Assembly: GCA_043810925.1 (NCBI GenBank)
Contig: JBDRNT010000119.1
Span: 1 to 26,170, forward strand
Length of the DNA stretch: 26,170 nucleotides
Direction of reading: 5' to 3'
Origin: Candidatus Eiseniibacteriota bacterium
GTDB lineage: Bacteria; Arandabacterota; Arandabacteria; Arandabacterales; Arandabacteraceae
This document shows, in pieces, positions 26,019 through 26,170 of the stretch (the first letter of the stretch is position 1; every line of letters starts with the position of its first letter). The notes beneath the pieces are model-generated. The model saw only the letters and a list, made by a program, of their open reading frames with translations. It did not search any database and had not been told where the DNA came from. Position numbers and translations under genes: made by a program.

Positions 26019-26138
26019 CCCCCGCTGGGGTCAGAGCTCAAAAGTTGACTTTGTTGGGGTGAGGGCGAAAAAAACGGCGCGGTGCGGGGGTGTGGCCCCC
26101 CAAACCCCCCGCATTTTTAGCTCTGACCCCAACGGGGG
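26019..26138. repeat. 120-bp element bounded by 25-bp inverted repeats (REP/REPIN- or MITE-like)
   Basis: CCCCCGCTGGGGTCAGAGCTCAAAA (26019-26043) against the reverse complement of 26114-26138, CCCCCGTTGGGGTCAGAGCTAAAAA, matches 23/25. Internal hairpin TGCGGGGG...CCCCCGCA. Confidence 0.8.
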
Positions 26139-26170
26139 CCCAAACTGCTTGAAAGCCGAAGTATATTATG

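Noticed and set aside
1-26170. tRNA (including tRNA-Sec), rRNA, sel genes, known riboswitches
   Set aside because: None recognised by eye. A covariance-model search (tRNAscan-SE, Rfam) is needed to exclude them, especially in the leaders at 4000-4200, 11720-11920 and 18370-18550.

Overview
Most of the window (about 930-26170) is GC-rich bacterial DNA. Its gene content (PorV-like barrels, FlgD-Ig/T9SS-type C-terminal sorting domains, a C-terminal 'TWGxI' motif) suggests an FCB-superphylum organism such as Eisenbacteria, Krumholzibacteria or Latescibacteria; this is inference. The first ~920 bp are sharply AT-rich, look archaeal (AglB/STT3-like N-terminus, DUF333 protein) and abut a frameshifted IS3 remnant. 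The main finding is that the minus-strand ORFs 9977..11596 and 9332..9970 appear to be one gene. An in-frame TGA sits at the catalytic Cys position of a TlpA/AhpC-TSA redoxin domain (GACW-U-PVV) and is followed by an fdhF-like SECIS hairpin. This predicts a ~684-aa secreted multidomain selenoprotein: signal peptide, LVIVD repeats, Ig-like domain, Sec-redoxin, FlgD/T9SS sorting domain. The window also encodes a 14-repeat secreted protein, two sigma54-preceded small secreted proteins (one promoter lies inside a 69-bp hairpin), an acyl-CoA ligase plus NAD_binding_4 reductase pair, an orphan multi-PAS histidine kinase, a glutaminyl cyclase, a NigD-like lipoprotein and an ABC-2 exporter. All family calls come from motif recognition by eye, not database searches.
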